Shown: positions 19,022 through 29,928, counted from the first letter of the stretch. The stretch: DNA of 64,000 nucleotides from an uncultured delta proteobacterium (GCA_963760795.1 CAVXEP010000004.1:230233-294232); one strand, 5' to 3'. A program made the numbers and translations. The notes: generated from the sequence alone by a model not told the origin.

Positions 19022-19207
19022 TCACATAGCTTGAGCGCGTGCGCTTCGGCTTTGCCTCTTGTCTTGAAAGTCTAGTTCGGCGCACTCCAATCTTTTAATC
19101 TCCGTCACTTTATCTGCGGGGTTAAATATCAAACCCCGGCAATGCCATTCTTTCCCCGCGCCACGGACTCCAATCCCGTAAATGGGATGATCTTTGTATT
19201 GGGACAT
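19022..19207 (-). CDS. Small hypothetical protein, probably frameshifted at the 3' end
   Basis: MSQYKDHPIYGIGV...; the alternate frame continues TFKTRGKAEAHALKLC. Confidence 0.5.
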   Translation of the reverse strand: MSQYKDHPIYGIGVRGAGKEWHCRGLIFNPADKVTEIKRLECAELDFQDKRQSRSARAQAM

Positions 19208-19495
19208 GCATCAGCCTTTCGATAACCGTCAACAATTGCCGATAAGTAACTTCCTCGCGAACCGGCCGTTGTGGGCTATACCAAAACTATACGCAAGATT
19301 CGGTAAGAACTGTCTGTTCAATATTGGACGATTTCTGAGAATCGCCTGGCGGTTGCGAAATCAATAAGCCAGTCGGAATGAGTACGGCGTCTCGCAATGG
19401 CGCTCGGTCTATGACGATCTGGTTTTGCAGACAATGACTACTTGCACCAGATGACGTGATTGCCAGAAATCAAATTCCGTATTTGCAGACTCGCC

Positions 19496-20791
19496 CTACT
19501 TCGTCGGCGGCCGAAGAAACAAACTCAACCCCGCTGAAACGATCAGCAGGCCGACGAAGATGCTAAACGAGAGCATATAGCTTTGCGTGGCGTCGAACAG
19601 AAAACCGAAGAACGGCGGGCCGCCGGCGCTGAAGCCGTGGGTGACCAAGGAGCCTAGACCGCGAATTTTGCCGAGGGAAACGCGACCAAAATAGTTGGCC
19701 CAAATCAATTCAGCAAGAATCGACGTTCCACCCATGCCGATGCCATATAGAAAAAACCCGGCATAGAGGGAAACCAACCCAGGGTCAGAGAGAGCCCAGG
19801 AAATCCCGGCGGCTTGAATCACGAACTTGGCCATGATGACCCGGCCGATGCTGATGCGCTCGGCGCACAACCCCCAGACGATCGGCGTGCTGAACTGCAT
19901 GATCGCGATGGTGCTCATGACTAGAGCAGCCACCGTCGCCGGATGGCCTTGATCGCTGACGAAGGAAAAGACATGCAGATTGAGCCCGCTGACACCGATA
20001 TGGGCGACGCCAAAAGTCGTGACGATGAGCCAGAAAGCCGGCGTGCGCAGCGCTTCGCGCCGCGTCCACTCGACGTCGTCGGTTGCAGCTCGATTGGATT
20101 TCTTATTCTTGCCATCCGCTGTCACCCCGCCGCTGTCATTCTCGGCGGCCAATTTTCCGTCTGGAAGCAAACCCAGGTCCTCAGGACTGCGCCGCATGAA
20201 CAGCAGCGACGGTCCGACCACCAACGTCAGGGTTAACAGGCCGAATACCACCCAAGTGCCGCGCCAGCCGGCGTAGGCGATCAGCGACGCGGCGCACAGC
20301 GGCATCAATACTTTGGCCAGGCCATGTCCCATGCCGGCGAACGCGAGGGCGCGGCCGCGCATGCGGATGAACCAGCGCGAGATCGTCACGTTCACAACCA
20401 TGTTGCCCATGAGCGTGTCGCCAGGACTGAGGATCAGCCAGCGGACCAATAGAAACTGCCAAAAATCCCGCACCTGTCCGAGCAGCAGCAAGCCCAGCCC
20501 CGCGATGACCCCGCCTGCGGCCATGAGTCCACGACAACCGTGACGATCCAGGAGCGTGCCGACGAGTGGCGCGGCCACGGCGCCGATCAGAACTTCGCCC
20601 GAGCGAACCAGGGAAAAGACACCGCGCGAGACGCCAAGATCGCTCGACAACGGTTTGAGAAACACACTGAGCGTGCTTGAAATCGTAAAAGCAGAGGCGA
20701 TATGCGCGAGAAAACCGACGGCGACAATGGTCCAGCCGTAGAAAAACTTCGCAGGTTTGATGGGCGGTTCAGAGTCGGTCAAAGCTTGCAC
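19496..20791 (-). CDS. MFS transporter
   Basis: Multiple TM segments; FYGWTIV, GTLLDRHG, YFGRVSLGKIRG. Confidence 0.92.
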   Translation of the reverse strand: MQALTDSEPPIKPAKFFYGWTIVAVGFLAHIASAFTISSTLSVFLKPLSSDLGVSRGVFSLVRSGEVLIGAVAAPLVGTLLDRHGCRGLMAAGGVIAGLGLLLLGQVRDFWQFLLVRWLILSPGDTLMGNMVVNVTISRWFIRMRGRALAFAGMGHGLAKVLMPLCAASLIAYAGWRGTWVVFGLLTLTLVVGPSLLFMRRSPEDLGLLPDGKLAAENDSGGVTADGKNKKSNRAATDDVEWTRREALRTPAFWLIVTTFGVAHIGVSGLNLHVFSFVSDQGHPATVAALVMSTIAIMQFSTPIVWGLCAERISIGRVIMAKFVIQAAGISWALSDPGLVSLYAGFFLYGIGMGGTSILAELIWANYFGRVSLGKIRGLGSLVTHGFSAGGPPFFGFLFDATQSYMLSFSIFVGLLIVSAGLSLFLRPPTK

Positions 20792-21137
20792 GCCGTCGTT
20801 TGTATCAAGCTTCGAAACAAAACGACAGCGTAGCGTTGTTGTAATCGAAGACGGATCGCGGAATCGGCCCTTCGACCGTCAGGGCGTCGGGCATAAAGAA
20901 CGCAAAGTACACAAAACGGATTCGGAACATGTCGCGCCAATCAACCAGGGCGCGACGGCAGGAAAGTTCTGTCATTTCGATCGAAGGGAGAACGCTCTCT
21001 TCAAATCTTTCCAAGTCTCGGATGATGGGCCTCGGCCCGTCACTTGGCCCCCCTTCGAAGAGAATCAGGACCGCTTGGCGGGAAAAATGTCCGAGCGGAC
21101 GAATGATTCATTCGACCATCTCAGATCAGCCGCGGAT

Positions 21138-21797
21138 TCAGTATTTCGCCAGCGCATCCAACAGTTTCTGCGTACTGGCCGGCGGCGTAATCTTGCCCTC
21201 AAGAATATCGGCCGGATAGACAGGCTTACCGTAAAACTCCTCGTTCGCTTCATAGCGGGTGGCAACCGCCGTGCCCTCCAGGGACACTCCGGCAAAAATT
21301 CCTTGGCTGCGGCTGTAAGTGTATATCGCGGCCTTCGGCGCGACACCGGCCTCGGCTGAACGCCCGACCGGACCCACCGCGACGCTTAGATTGGCCCCGA
21401 GTGTAAAATTGGTGCCTTGTGTGAAAGCCTTGATCGCCTCTGGAGTGTTGAGAATAATCACGTGCTCGGTGACCTGCACCCCCGCTTGGAAGCCGACTCC
21501 GACGCCTCCTGTACCGATCGCCGAGGGACCGCTCCAACCCGTCGGTGTGCGCGCCAGGACAATCCCTGTTCCGCCCCTGCCGCTGACCACGAAACCGGCT
21601 TTGGTCATGGCGAAGATCGCCACACCCTTGGCGTCGCGCATGACCGCCGGCGGAATCGCCGACTCCGGTATCTCACCAAAACGCTCGATAATCGATAACG
21701 CCTGGTCGACATCGTCCTGCATGGTGGCATGCCCGGGAGAAGCCACAGAGAACAGCGCAAATATCGCAACAGCAAACAAAATTAGTCGAGTTTTCAT
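21138..21797 (-). CDS. Lipid-binding SYLF (Ysc84) domain protein
   Basis: Signal peptide MKTRLILF; KAGFVVSGRGGTG, WSGPSAI, YSRSQGIFAGVSLEG. Confidence 0.92.
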   Translation of the reverse strand: MKTRLILFAVAIFALFSVASPGHATMQDDVDQALSIIERFGEIPESAIPPAVMRDAKGVAIFAMTKAGFVVSGRGGTGIVLARTPTGWSGPSAIGTGGVGVGFQAGVQVTEHVIILNTPEAIKAFTQGTNFTLGANLSVAVGPVGRSAEAGVAPKAAIYTYSRSQGIFAGVSLEGTAVATRYEANEEFYGKPVYPADILEGKITPPASTQKLLDALAKY

Positions 21798-22025
21798 TGT
21801 ATACCCTCCCGCTGGCGACAACTTACAAGTATCGCAGGCGAAAAATCTTTCACTCTTAGAGTAAACTACGGCAGGCGGTGCCACAAGAATGCCCCGCAAT
21901 TGAAGTCAACTTTCTCTTTTGCGTCATTCACCAGCACGGGGGAATCCAGGTGAAGTGTTGATATTTACTGCCGATTTGTTGATTACTATTTCAAACAGAC
22001 ATGGTATCAGCCACGGAGGCCGTTT

Positions 22026-23099
22026 GTGATCTCCAGACAGCTAGGTTTGAAAAGCCAGATTCTGGCCAATTCCATCGCTTTCGTCACGCGTTCGCTCGGG
22101 CTGTCGCTGTTGCTCGCGAATCTTCAACCGGCTCTCGCTCAAGATTTCTACAAAGACAAAACCATTCGCTTCATCGTCGGCCAGGCGGCCGGCGGCGGCT
22201 ACGATACCTACACGCGCACCATCGCGCGCTACATCGGCAAATATATACCCGGCGGGCCAACCACCGTGGCCGACAACATGACCGGCGCCGGCAGCTTGGT
22301 GGCGGCCAATTATATTTTTAATAACGCCAAGCCGGACGGCTTGACCGTCGGCATGTGGAACAGCGCGCTGGTTTTCAATCAGGCGATGGGCGATCGCAAC
22401 GTCAAGTTCGATGCGCGCAAGTTCGGCTGGATCGGCGCGCCGAGCAAGAGCGTGCCGGTATGCTTGGTGATGGGTTTCGCTGGGCCGAAGACCATGGACG
22501 AGATTGTTAAATCGGCGAAACCGCTGCGCATGGGCGGCACTGGACCGGGCTCGCACAGCATCGACATGCCGCTCTTGCTAAATAAAATGCTCGGCAGCAA
22601 ATTCGCCGTGGTATCGGGCTACCAGGGCACGGCGCAAATCAAGATCGCCTTGCAGCGCCGCGAGGTCGACGGCTACTGCACCAACTGGGACTCGATCTTG
22701 GCGACGCAAAAGGACATGCTCGACGGCAAAGGCGACGACCGTTTGATTCCTTTCATCCTGCACGCCCCTGTGCCCGAGACTGAAGCGAAAGGCGTGACCC
22801 TCGTCAACGAGGCGATCAAAGACGAAAATCACCTGCGCGCCTATCGCGCCTACATGGCGCAGATGGAATACTCGCGCCCGTTCACCATCGCGCCCAACAC
22901 CCCGAAAGATCGCTTGGAAATCCTCCGGCGCGCGTTCAAGGCGACCTTGGCTGACGGCGATTTCCTCGCCCAAGCCGCTAAGTTGAAACTCGACATCAAC
23001 TACGTGTCCGGCGAAGAAAGCGAAAAGTGGGTTGGCGAAGTGCTGTCGCTGCCGCCCAAGATGAAGGAAGAGCTGAAGTATTTATCGCCGGTGCAATGA
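22026..23099 (+). CDS. Tripartite tricarboxylate transporter (Bug/TctC-like) SBP
   Basis: FYKDKTIRFIVG, AGGGYD, NMTGAGS, KPDGLT, GYQGT. Confidence 0.9.
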   Translation: MISRQLGLKSQILANSIAFVTRSLGLSLLLANLQPALAQDFYKDKTIRFIVGQAAGGGYDTYTRTIARYIGKYIPGGPTTVADNMTGAGSLVAANYIFNNAKPDGLTVGMWNSALVFNQAMGDRNVKFDARKFGWIGAPSKSVPVCLVMGFAGPKTMDEIVKSAKPLRMGGTGPGSHSIDMPLLLNKMLGSKFAVVSGYQGTAQIKIALQRREVDGYCTNWDSILATQKDMLDGKGDDRLIPFILHAPVPETEAKGVTLVNEAIKDENHLRAYRAYMAQMEYSRPFTIAPNTPKDRLEILRRAFKATLADGDFLAQAAKLKLDINYVSGEESEKWVGEVLSLPPKMKEELKYLSPVQ

Positions 23100-23139
23100 A
23101 GCGTCAGTGAACCAAGGGGAATTGCCAAGGAGAATCGAA

Positions 23140-24259
23140 ATGAAGAACAGTTTCAAAGCGATGGATTCCGACATGCATGTCTTCGAGCCGGCCGATCTAT
23201 GGCAGCGTTACATCGATAAAAACTACCTCGACCGCGCGCCCAAGGGACTTGAACCGCGCCTTCCGCGATCTCGGCATCGAGGTCGACGGCAAAGTCCTAC
23301 CGATCCCGCGCAAGCCGGAAAACCCCGCCCTGGCGAAATACCGTGAAGACTTCTTTGATGAGAAATACGGTGAAGCCGGCAAACGCAACTTCGACGGCGT
23401 GTCGCAACTCCAAGCCATGGATAAGGAAGGACTGGATATCGCCTTTCTATTTCCAACCCGGGCGCTAACCGCACTCGGCATCGACGGTCTCGACCCCGAC
23501 TTCGCCACCGCCATCGCCCGCGCTTACAACGACTGGCTGCACGACTTCGCCCAGGCCGATCCCAAGCGCATGTTCGGCGTCACCATGGTCGCGCCCCATG
23601 ATATCAGCGGCGCCATCGAAGAGATCCGCCGCACGGTCAAGGAGTACGGTTTTCGCGGCATCTTCATCCGCCCGAACCATGTCAACAACAAGAAATGGAG
23701 CGATCCCTACTACGATCCGCTTTGGGCCGAGTGCGAGAAGTTGAATTTACCGGTGGGCTTCCACGAAGCCGGCCGGGTCTATCTGCCCCAGCCGGCGTTC
23801 TTCCACATCTGCTCGACCTTCTCGATGTTCAACACCTTCGGCTTTCCGTTTGCGAATATGCTCGCCTGCGGCGACATGATCTTCGGCGGCGTCATGGAAC
23901 GCTTCCCCAAGCTGAAAGTGGCGTTCTTGGAAGGCAACTGTTCCTGGGTGCCCTGGCTGCTCTGGCGCATGGGCGAATACGCCGAGACCACCGGCGTGGC
24001 GGAATATCCGGATTTGACGATGACGCCGCTGGAATACTTCCAGCGCAATTGTTACGGCGCCGTGGAGTGCGACGAGGTCACCGCCAAACATATTCCCGAG
24101 TATGGCCTCGAAGACAACATGGTCTTCTCCACCGACTACCCGCACCTAGACGTAAAATACCCCCACGCCATCGACACCTTCCTGGAGCAACCCTTCACCG
24201 AACAAATGAAACGCAAATGGCTCTGGGACAACTGCGCGCGAATGTACAACTTCGAATGA
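23140..24259 (+). CDS. Amidohydrolase_2 family protein, frameshift near 23246
   Basis: RBS + MKNSFKAMDSDMHVFEP in one frame; ARAYNDWL, VGFHE, FSTDYPH in the next. Confidence 0.9.
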
Positions 24260-24267
24260 GACGGGAA

Positions 24268-24762
24268 TGGCCGCAAAGAACGCAAAGTTCGCAAAATGGG
24301 ATAAAGAATCGACGCCTCTCATCTGCCTTACGAGAGCGGTTGACGTTTAATGAATTGCGACCACGCGAACTTACGAATTTCGAATTTGGACGAGCCAAAA
24401 TTTATCAGCAATCCATGCTCGAGTTTCGCGGAGCGAAGGTAACCGAGAATTTGCGCTTCATGTTCAAGGGCTAGAGATCTGCCGGCCTTGACCTCGATTA
24501 TCAGAACTTCCTCAACCAGCAGGTCCGCGAAGTATTCGCCGAGTAAAGTTCCATCTTCATCGAATACGTTCAGCGAATGCTGTGGTTTCACACTGATGTT
24601 AGCCTTGCGCAATCGATGGATGAGCGCAGTTTCGTAAACCCTCTCAAGATGCCCCGGTCCAAGATACACATGAATGTCATAGGCGACTTGCCGCACTCGA
24701 TCGCACAATTGCTTAACTTCAAGCTCTGTCATTTTTTGTGTACTTTGCGTTCTTTGCGGCCA
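24268..24762. mobile_element. GxxExxY module bounded by perfect 21-bp inverted repeats
   Basis: TGGCCGCAAAGAACGCAAAGT (24268-24288) / ACTTTGCGTTCTTTGCGGCCA (24742-24762). Confidence 0.7.
24328..24732 (-). CDS. GxxExxY protein (PD-(D/E)xK nuclease superfamily)
   Basis: LGPGHLERVY, ADLLVEEVLIIEVKA, AQILGYL, GLLINFG. Confidence 0.93.
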   Translation of the reverse strand: MTELEVKQLCDRVRQVAYDIHVYLGPGHLERVYETALIHRLRKANISVKPQHSLNVFDEDGTLLGEYFADLLVEEVLIIEVKAGRSLALEHEAQILGYLRSAKLEHGLLINFGSSKFEIRKFAWSQFIKRQPLS

Positions 24763-24774
24763 ACCCACCGAATC

Positions 24775-25536
24775 CTAAATCTCCACGATCACCGGCGCGT
24801 GGTCGGAAGGGCGCTCTTTGGCGCGGAAATCGCAGTCGATGGCGCAGCTCTTACACGTCTTCGCCAGTTCCGCTGAGAGCAGGATATGATCGATGCGCAG
24901 GCCTAGGTTGCGCTTGAAGCCGTTCATGCGGTAGTCCCACCAGCTGTAGGACTTGTCGACTTGGTCGAACATGCGGAAACTATCGGTCAGGCCCAGGGCG
25001 GCAATTTCCTTGAACGCGGCTTTTTCCGGGTCGCTAAACAACACTTTTCCAGCCCAAGCCTTGGGATCGTAAACATCGCGGTCCTCCGGCGCGATATTGT
25101 AATCGCCCAACAGCGCGAGTTTGGGATGGGCCGCCACTTCCTGTTTCAACCATACGGTCAGCGCCTGCAGCCAGCCGAGCTTATATTTGTATTTTTCAGA
25201 TTCGACCGCCTCGCCGTTGGGGATGTAGACGCAGATCACCCGCACACCGTTCACCGACGCTGCGATCACGCGCTTTTGCAGATCTTCCAGGCTCGGTATA
25301 CCCGCGCACACGTCGGCCGCAGCCGTCGGTGTCAGTATCGCCACGCCGTTGTAGGTCCTCTGGCAGGAGTACACCGCCTGATAACCTGCTGCGTTGATAG
25401 CCGCCAGCGGAAAATTCACATCTTCGAGCTTGAGCTCCTGCAAGCACAGCGCATCGGGTTTGTGCCGATCGAGAAACTCCAAGACATGGGGCAGACGCAC
25501 TTTAAGGGAATTGACGTTCCAGGTTGCCAGTTTCAT
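24775..25536 (-). CDS. xth: Exodeoxyribonuclease III
   Basis: ATWNVNSL, LQELK, GDYNIAP, GLRIDHILL, SDHAPV. Confidence 0.96.
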   Translation of the reverse strand: MKLATWNVNSLKVRLPHVLEFLDRHKPDALCLQELKLEDVNFPLAAINAAGYQAVYSCQRTYNGVAILTPTAAADVCAGIPSLEDLQKRVIAASVNGVRVICVYIPNGEAVESEKYKYKLGWLQALTVWLKQEVAAHPKLALLGDYNIAPEDRDVYDPKAWAGKVLFSDPEKAAFKEIAALGLTDSFRMFDQVDKSYSWWDYRMNGFKRNLGLRIDHILLSAELAKTCKSCAIDCDFRAKERPSDHAPVIVEI

Positions 25537-25551
25537 GATTCTCCTCTGAAG

Positions 25552-26733
25552 CTATTTTTTTCCCGCTGCCGCCAAGGCGTCGTCGACGACTTTGAGCACG
25601 GGCTTCATCGCCAGCCATTGATCGGTGTCGAGATATTTGACGCCGTCGAGGCGCCGGCTCTTGGGATCGACCTCGTCCTTCGCTATATCGATGCGCAGTG
25701 AATCCGGCGATCCTTCGTCGGCCTTGCCCAGCGCCTTCTGAAAATTCACCTGGCCGTCGCGGGAGAGAAACCAGTTGATAAACACTTTTGCGGCGTTGGC
25801 ATGGGGCGCTTGATTGACCAACGTGAGGATCGCCTGCCCGGCGCTCAAGCCGGCGCCTTCCTTCATGCGGCCGAAGGTATCCACCGGCAAGCCCTGCGTG
25901 TTGGCCTTGTCGACACCCTCACACCAGAAGCAAATCGGAAACTTTCCCGTCGCCAGCCAATCCAAGCCCTGGCGCCGGTCGCGAAACAAAGTAATGTCAG
26001 TCTCGGCGAACAACTTGCGAACGAACTCCGGACCCATCTCGGGTGGTAGTAAAACAACCGAATCGCGCTGCCGCCGCTACCCGGCAAACGGATATCGCGC
26101 GATAATATTTTGCCTTTCCATTTGGGCTGCAAGAAATCCCAGAATGACGTGAACTCCTTCGGCTGCACTAACTGCGTGTTGTAGGAAATCTGCCCATACT
26201 GGGCCGACGCGACATAGCGAAACAGATATTTACGCTCGGGATCGCTGTAGTGGTGCTTGCCTTGCCACCATTTCGATTCGTCGACAACTTCGGGCAGGAC
26301 CAACACCGGCTTGATCGGGTCTAAGAACTTCGCCTGCATAAAATCGTAACTGCGCAGGACGCCGACCATGAAGACATCGGCGAGGAACTTGCCGGCGCGC
26401 CGCTCGCTGGTGAAACGCCGCTCGAGGTCGTTCTCGACGCCGCTGACCATCGTTAACTTGATACCAGGAAAAGCTTTCTCGAACGCGCCTGAACTAAGTA
26501 CCGGCCCGTAGGTGCTATGCACATAGACCGTCACCTGACCTTCCGCCTTCGCCGCGGCTACTGTCTTGTCCCAGTCTTGCTGCCACAACTGGCGCGCTTC
26601 GCCGGCACCAGCGATCGAGGCGAAAAGCATCAAGAGCAAAACATGGGCACCGGCCGCAACCAGCATGCGGCACGGCGATCGCAGTTTCCTAAGCGATGAA
26701 GGAATTGAAATGATTCTAACAATTCCATTTATC
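25552..26733 (-). CDS. Extracellular solute-binding protein, frameshift near 26040
   Basis: WDKTVAAAKAEGQV, YNTQLV, PKWKGKI; second frame APHANAAKVFINWFLSRDGQ; start uncertain. Confidence 0.85.
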
Positions 26734-26902
26734 ATCTGCAGTTGTCGAGGCATAGGCCGCCCCCTATTCAGCCGCATGTTAAAGCGTCTCAACAATCGCA
26801 TATCGACGGCGAATAACACAAGAATCAGACTTAGGAGCAAGGCGCGCACATTTCTCGATGCGCCAAAGCCAAGCGGGTTTCAACCCCTACAACTCCCAAT
26901 AC

Positions 26903-26966
26903 TTTTTTGCGCCCTTTGGGTTCTTTGCGGCCATTCTTCTGTTTGGTTGCGGCTATGCCGCGCCAG
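26903..26966. repeat. Solo CTTTGCG arm plus GGTTGCGGC hairpin
   Basis: TTTTTTGCGCCCTTTGGGTTCTTTGCGGCCA resembles the GxxExxY IR. Confidence 0.7.
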
Positions 26967-26983
26967 CAGCGTGAGACACGATG

Positions 26984-28804
26984 CTAACGATAGCCTTCCG
27001 CCTGCAGGCTGAACAAGCGGGCGTAGGTGCCTTTGCGATCGACCAGCTCTTGATGGCCACCGATCTCGCTAATCGCGCCGCCTTCGATGACCGCGATGCG
27101 ATCGGCCATGCGCACCGTCGAAAAGCGATGAGAGATCAGGATCGCCATCTTCCCCGCGGTCAACTCTTGAAAGTGACGAAAGATTTCGTACTCGGATTGG
27201 GCGTCCACCGATGCCGTCGGTTCGTCGAGAACAAGAATCTCGGCGTCGCGCATGAATGCCCGCGCCAACGCGATCTTTTGCCACTGGCCCAAGGAAAGCT
27301 CGTGGCCGCCGTGAAACCAGCGGCCGAGCATGGTGTCGTAATTTTCCGGCAAGCCGTCGATGATCGTATCGGCGCCGCTCTTGTGCGCCGACTCGATAAT
27401 CCGATCGAGATCCGCCATCGCGTCGATCTGGCCGAAGCCGATATTTTCCTTCGCCGGCACATGATAGCGCACGAAGTCCTGGAAGATCACGCCGATTTTC
27501 TGGCGCAAGGCGAGCGGATCGACTTCGCGCAGATCGATGCCGTCGATCAGAATTGAACCCTCGGTGGGATCGTAGAGCCGGCTCAAGAGCTTGATCAGGG
27601 TCGTCTTGCCGGCGCCGTTGTGGCCCACCAGGGCGACCTTCTCGCCTGGCCGGATAATCAGATTGACGCCGCGCAGCGCCCATTCGTCATTGTCCGGATA
27701 ACGAAACCCGACATCGCGAAACTCAATGCCGCCGCGCAATATTGCCGGCAACGCCCTGGGCTGCGCCGCGATAGCCAATTGCGGTGTCATACCCAAAAAC
27801 TCGAAAAAGTTCGACATGTACAGGTTGTTCTCATAGATGCTGCTGACGGCATAAAGAATCGATTGAAAGGTCGTCTGGCCCTGGCGAAAGATCGCCAGAT
27901 AGAGAGTCATGTCGCCGAGAGAAATCTTGCTCTGCACCGTGTACCAGACGATCCAAGCGTAGGATCCATAGAAGCCCAAAGTGGCCACCAATCCAAGACT
28001 AAATCCGGCGATGGCGCGCCGGCAAGCGAGCGCCTTATCTTCGCGAAAAAACTTTTCGAATAACGTCATGTAGCGGGTCAGCAGCGTGGCACCCAGGTTG
28101 AATAGTTTAATCTCCTTGGCCGAGGAGTCCTCGGTCAACAACCTGGAGAGATAGTTGATCTGCCGGCTCTCGGGGGCACGGTAGGTCAATAGGCGAAAGC
28201 CTTGGCCGGAGAAGCGCGTCTCGGCGATGAACGCCGGGATACTGGTTAAGACCAAAATCGACACCAGCCACGGACTGAAACGCAAAAGCAATACGGCAAA
28301 TGACGCCAGCGTAATGACATTTTGGACGATCTGAAAGGTATCGTTGATCAGCTCCACCGGTTTGTAACCGCCCTCGCGCCGGGCATTTTGCAGCTTGTCG
28401 TAGTAGTCCGGGTGCTCGAAGAAAGCTAAGTCCAGGGTCAGCGCCTTGCCGATGATTTCACCGCGGATTTGGTTGGCGAGCTTGAGTTGGGTGAGCTGCT
28501 GAATCAGCCGGCGCGCCTGGACAACCCCAGTGCTGAGCAGGATCAGTACGAGTTCAACGACCAGATAGTAAAATACCGATTTCGCCTGCTCATGCTCTCG
28601 GCCATGCTGGATCGCCGCCACCACGCCGTCGACGATCAGCTTGCCGACCCAAGCCTGCGCCGCCGGCAACAACGCGCCGGCCAGCGTGAGCACGGCCAGA
28701 CCGAGGATGCCCCAATGATTGCCGCGCCAAACAAAGCGAATCGCCTGCGGCGTGTGCACGAAAGAAAAGCGCAGTTCGTTGAATCGCTGTGCGAGACTTT
28801 TCAT
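26984..28804 (-). CDS. ABC exporter, fused permease/ATPase
   Basis: GHNGAGKT, LSLGQWQK, LVLDEPT, ISHRFST. Confidence 0.95.
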   Translation of the reverse strand: MKSLAQRFNELRFSFVHTPQAIRFVWRGNHWGILGLAVLTLAGALLPAAQAWVGKLIVDGVVAAIQHGREHEQAKSVFYYLVVELVLILLSTGVVQARRLIQQLTQLKLANQIRGEIIGKALTLDLAFFEHPDYYDKLQNARREGGYKPVELINDTFQIVQNVITLASFAVLLLRFSPWLVSILVLTSIPAFIAETRFSGQGFRLLTYRAPESRQINYLSRLLTEDSSAKEIKLFNLGATLLTRYMTLFEKFFREDKALACRRAIAGFSLGLVATLGFYGSYAWIVWYTVQSKISLGDMTLYLAIFRQGQTTFQSILYAVSSIYENNLYMSNFFEFLGMTPQLAIAAQPRALPAILRGGIEFRDVGFRYPDNDEWALRGVNLIIRPGEKVALVGHNGAGKTTLIKLLSRLYDPTEGSILIDGIDLREVDPLALRQKIGVIFQDFVRYHVPAKENIGFGQIDAMADLDRIIESAHKSGADTIIDGLPENYDTMLGRWFHGGHELSLGQWQKIALARAFMRDAEILVLDEPTASVDAQSEYEIFRHFQELTAGKMAILISHRFSTVRMADRIAVIEGGAISEIGGHQELVDRKGTYARLFSLQAEGYR

Positions 28805-28957
28805 CGAGTCGGCCTAGGAAAGATCGAATGCCGCGGTGGATTCACAAATTCTACAATAACATGACCGGCAGCGATTGCTGAAATCGCCGGACGCGAAATA
28901 GTTTGACTTAACCGCGCTCAGCTGGATAACTGGTCACGACTTGGTGTGAACAATTAC

Positions 28958-29019
28958 TCACACGAAGGTCACGAAGGTTTCGGATGTTGAGTTCCGAACT
29001 TCGTGTCCTTCGTAGCGAA
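28958..29019. repeat. CACGAAG palindrome (empty)
   Basis: CACGAAGGTCACGAAG...CTTCGTGTCCTTCGTAGCGAA. Confidence 0.8.
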
Positions 29020-29038
29020 CAAATTTAACGGAGATTGT

Positions 29039-29914
29039 ATGCGCATCGCATTAGGACTACCCAGCCGCATCGCCTCGGCGTCCGGCGACATGATGTTGGA
29101 CTGGATCAGCCGCGCGGAGGCGGGGCCATTTTCCAGCGTCGTCGTTACCGATCGCGTGGTCGGGCAGGTGTTGGAGCCGCTCGCCGTGCTGGCCATGGCC
29201 GCTGGCGCCACCAAGCGCATCGGCCTCATGACCAGCGTGGTCATCGGTCCGACGCGCGAAACAACTTTGTTAGCGCGCCAAGCCGCGACCATCGAGACGC
29301 TGTCAGGCGGCCGCTTGACACTTGGCGTCGGCATTGGCGTGCGCACGAACGATTATCTCGCCAGCGCCACGGACTTTCACCGGCGCGGCCGCAGCTCAGA
29401 GAAACAATACGAGCTGCTGCGCAGACTTTGGACTGGCGCTGAATTATCCGCCGACACCGGCCCCATCGGTCCGCCGGCGGTACGCAATGGCGGACCGGAG
29501 CTGCTCATCGGCGGCTACGTTCCGGCGATCGTCGAACGCATCGCCAAGTGGGGCGACGGCTACATGGCCCCCGGCGGCGGCGAGCCGGAAGCGATGCTCA
29601 AGACTTGGCAGAATATTCTGCAAGCATGGAAAGAGCATGGTCGCCAAGGCCGCCCACGCTGGGTCGGCGCCAGCTATTTCGCCCTCGGCCCCAACGCCCA
29701 GGATCATGCCGCGCACTACATTAACCACAGTTACGGCTACAATCCCGACCTCGCGGCTAAACGATTGCGCTCGCTGCCGGCCTCCCGTGAAGCCGTCGAA
29801 GCAGCGATCAAGCGCCAAGCCGACATGGGCGCCGACGAATTTATCCTGCGCCCCTGCGCCGAGGACCTGGATCAAATGGAACGGCTCGCTGAAATCGCGG
29901 CGTCAATCAAATGA
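29039..29914 (+). CDS. LLM class flavin/F420-dependent oxidoreductase
   Basis: EPLAVLAMAAGATKRI, LSGGRLTLGVGIG, PELLIGG. Confidence 0.92.
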   Translation: MRIALGLPSRIASASGDMMLDWISRAEAGPFSSVVVTDRVVGQVLEPLAVLAMAAGATKRIGLMTSVVIGPTRETTLLARQAATIETLSGGRLTLGVGIGVRTNDYLASATDFHRRGRSSEKQYELLRRLWTGAELSADTGPIGPPAVRNGGPELLIGGYVPAIVERIAKWGDGYMAPGGGEPEAMLKTWQNILQAWKEHGRQGRPRWVGASYFALGPNAQDHAAHYINHSYGYNPDLAAKRLRSLPASREAVEAAIKRQADMGADEFILRPCAEDLDQMERLAEIAASIK

Positions 29915-29928
29915 CAAAATACCATCTA

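Noticed and set aside
23240-23250. Programmed ribosomal frameshift in the amidohydrolase
   Set aside because: No canonical slippery heptamer; one of many scattered indels better explained as errors
24328-25536. GxxExxY + xth as a dedicated defence or repair operon
   Set aside because: The inverted repeats bound only the GxxExxY gene, so adjacency is more simply explained by insertion downstream of xth
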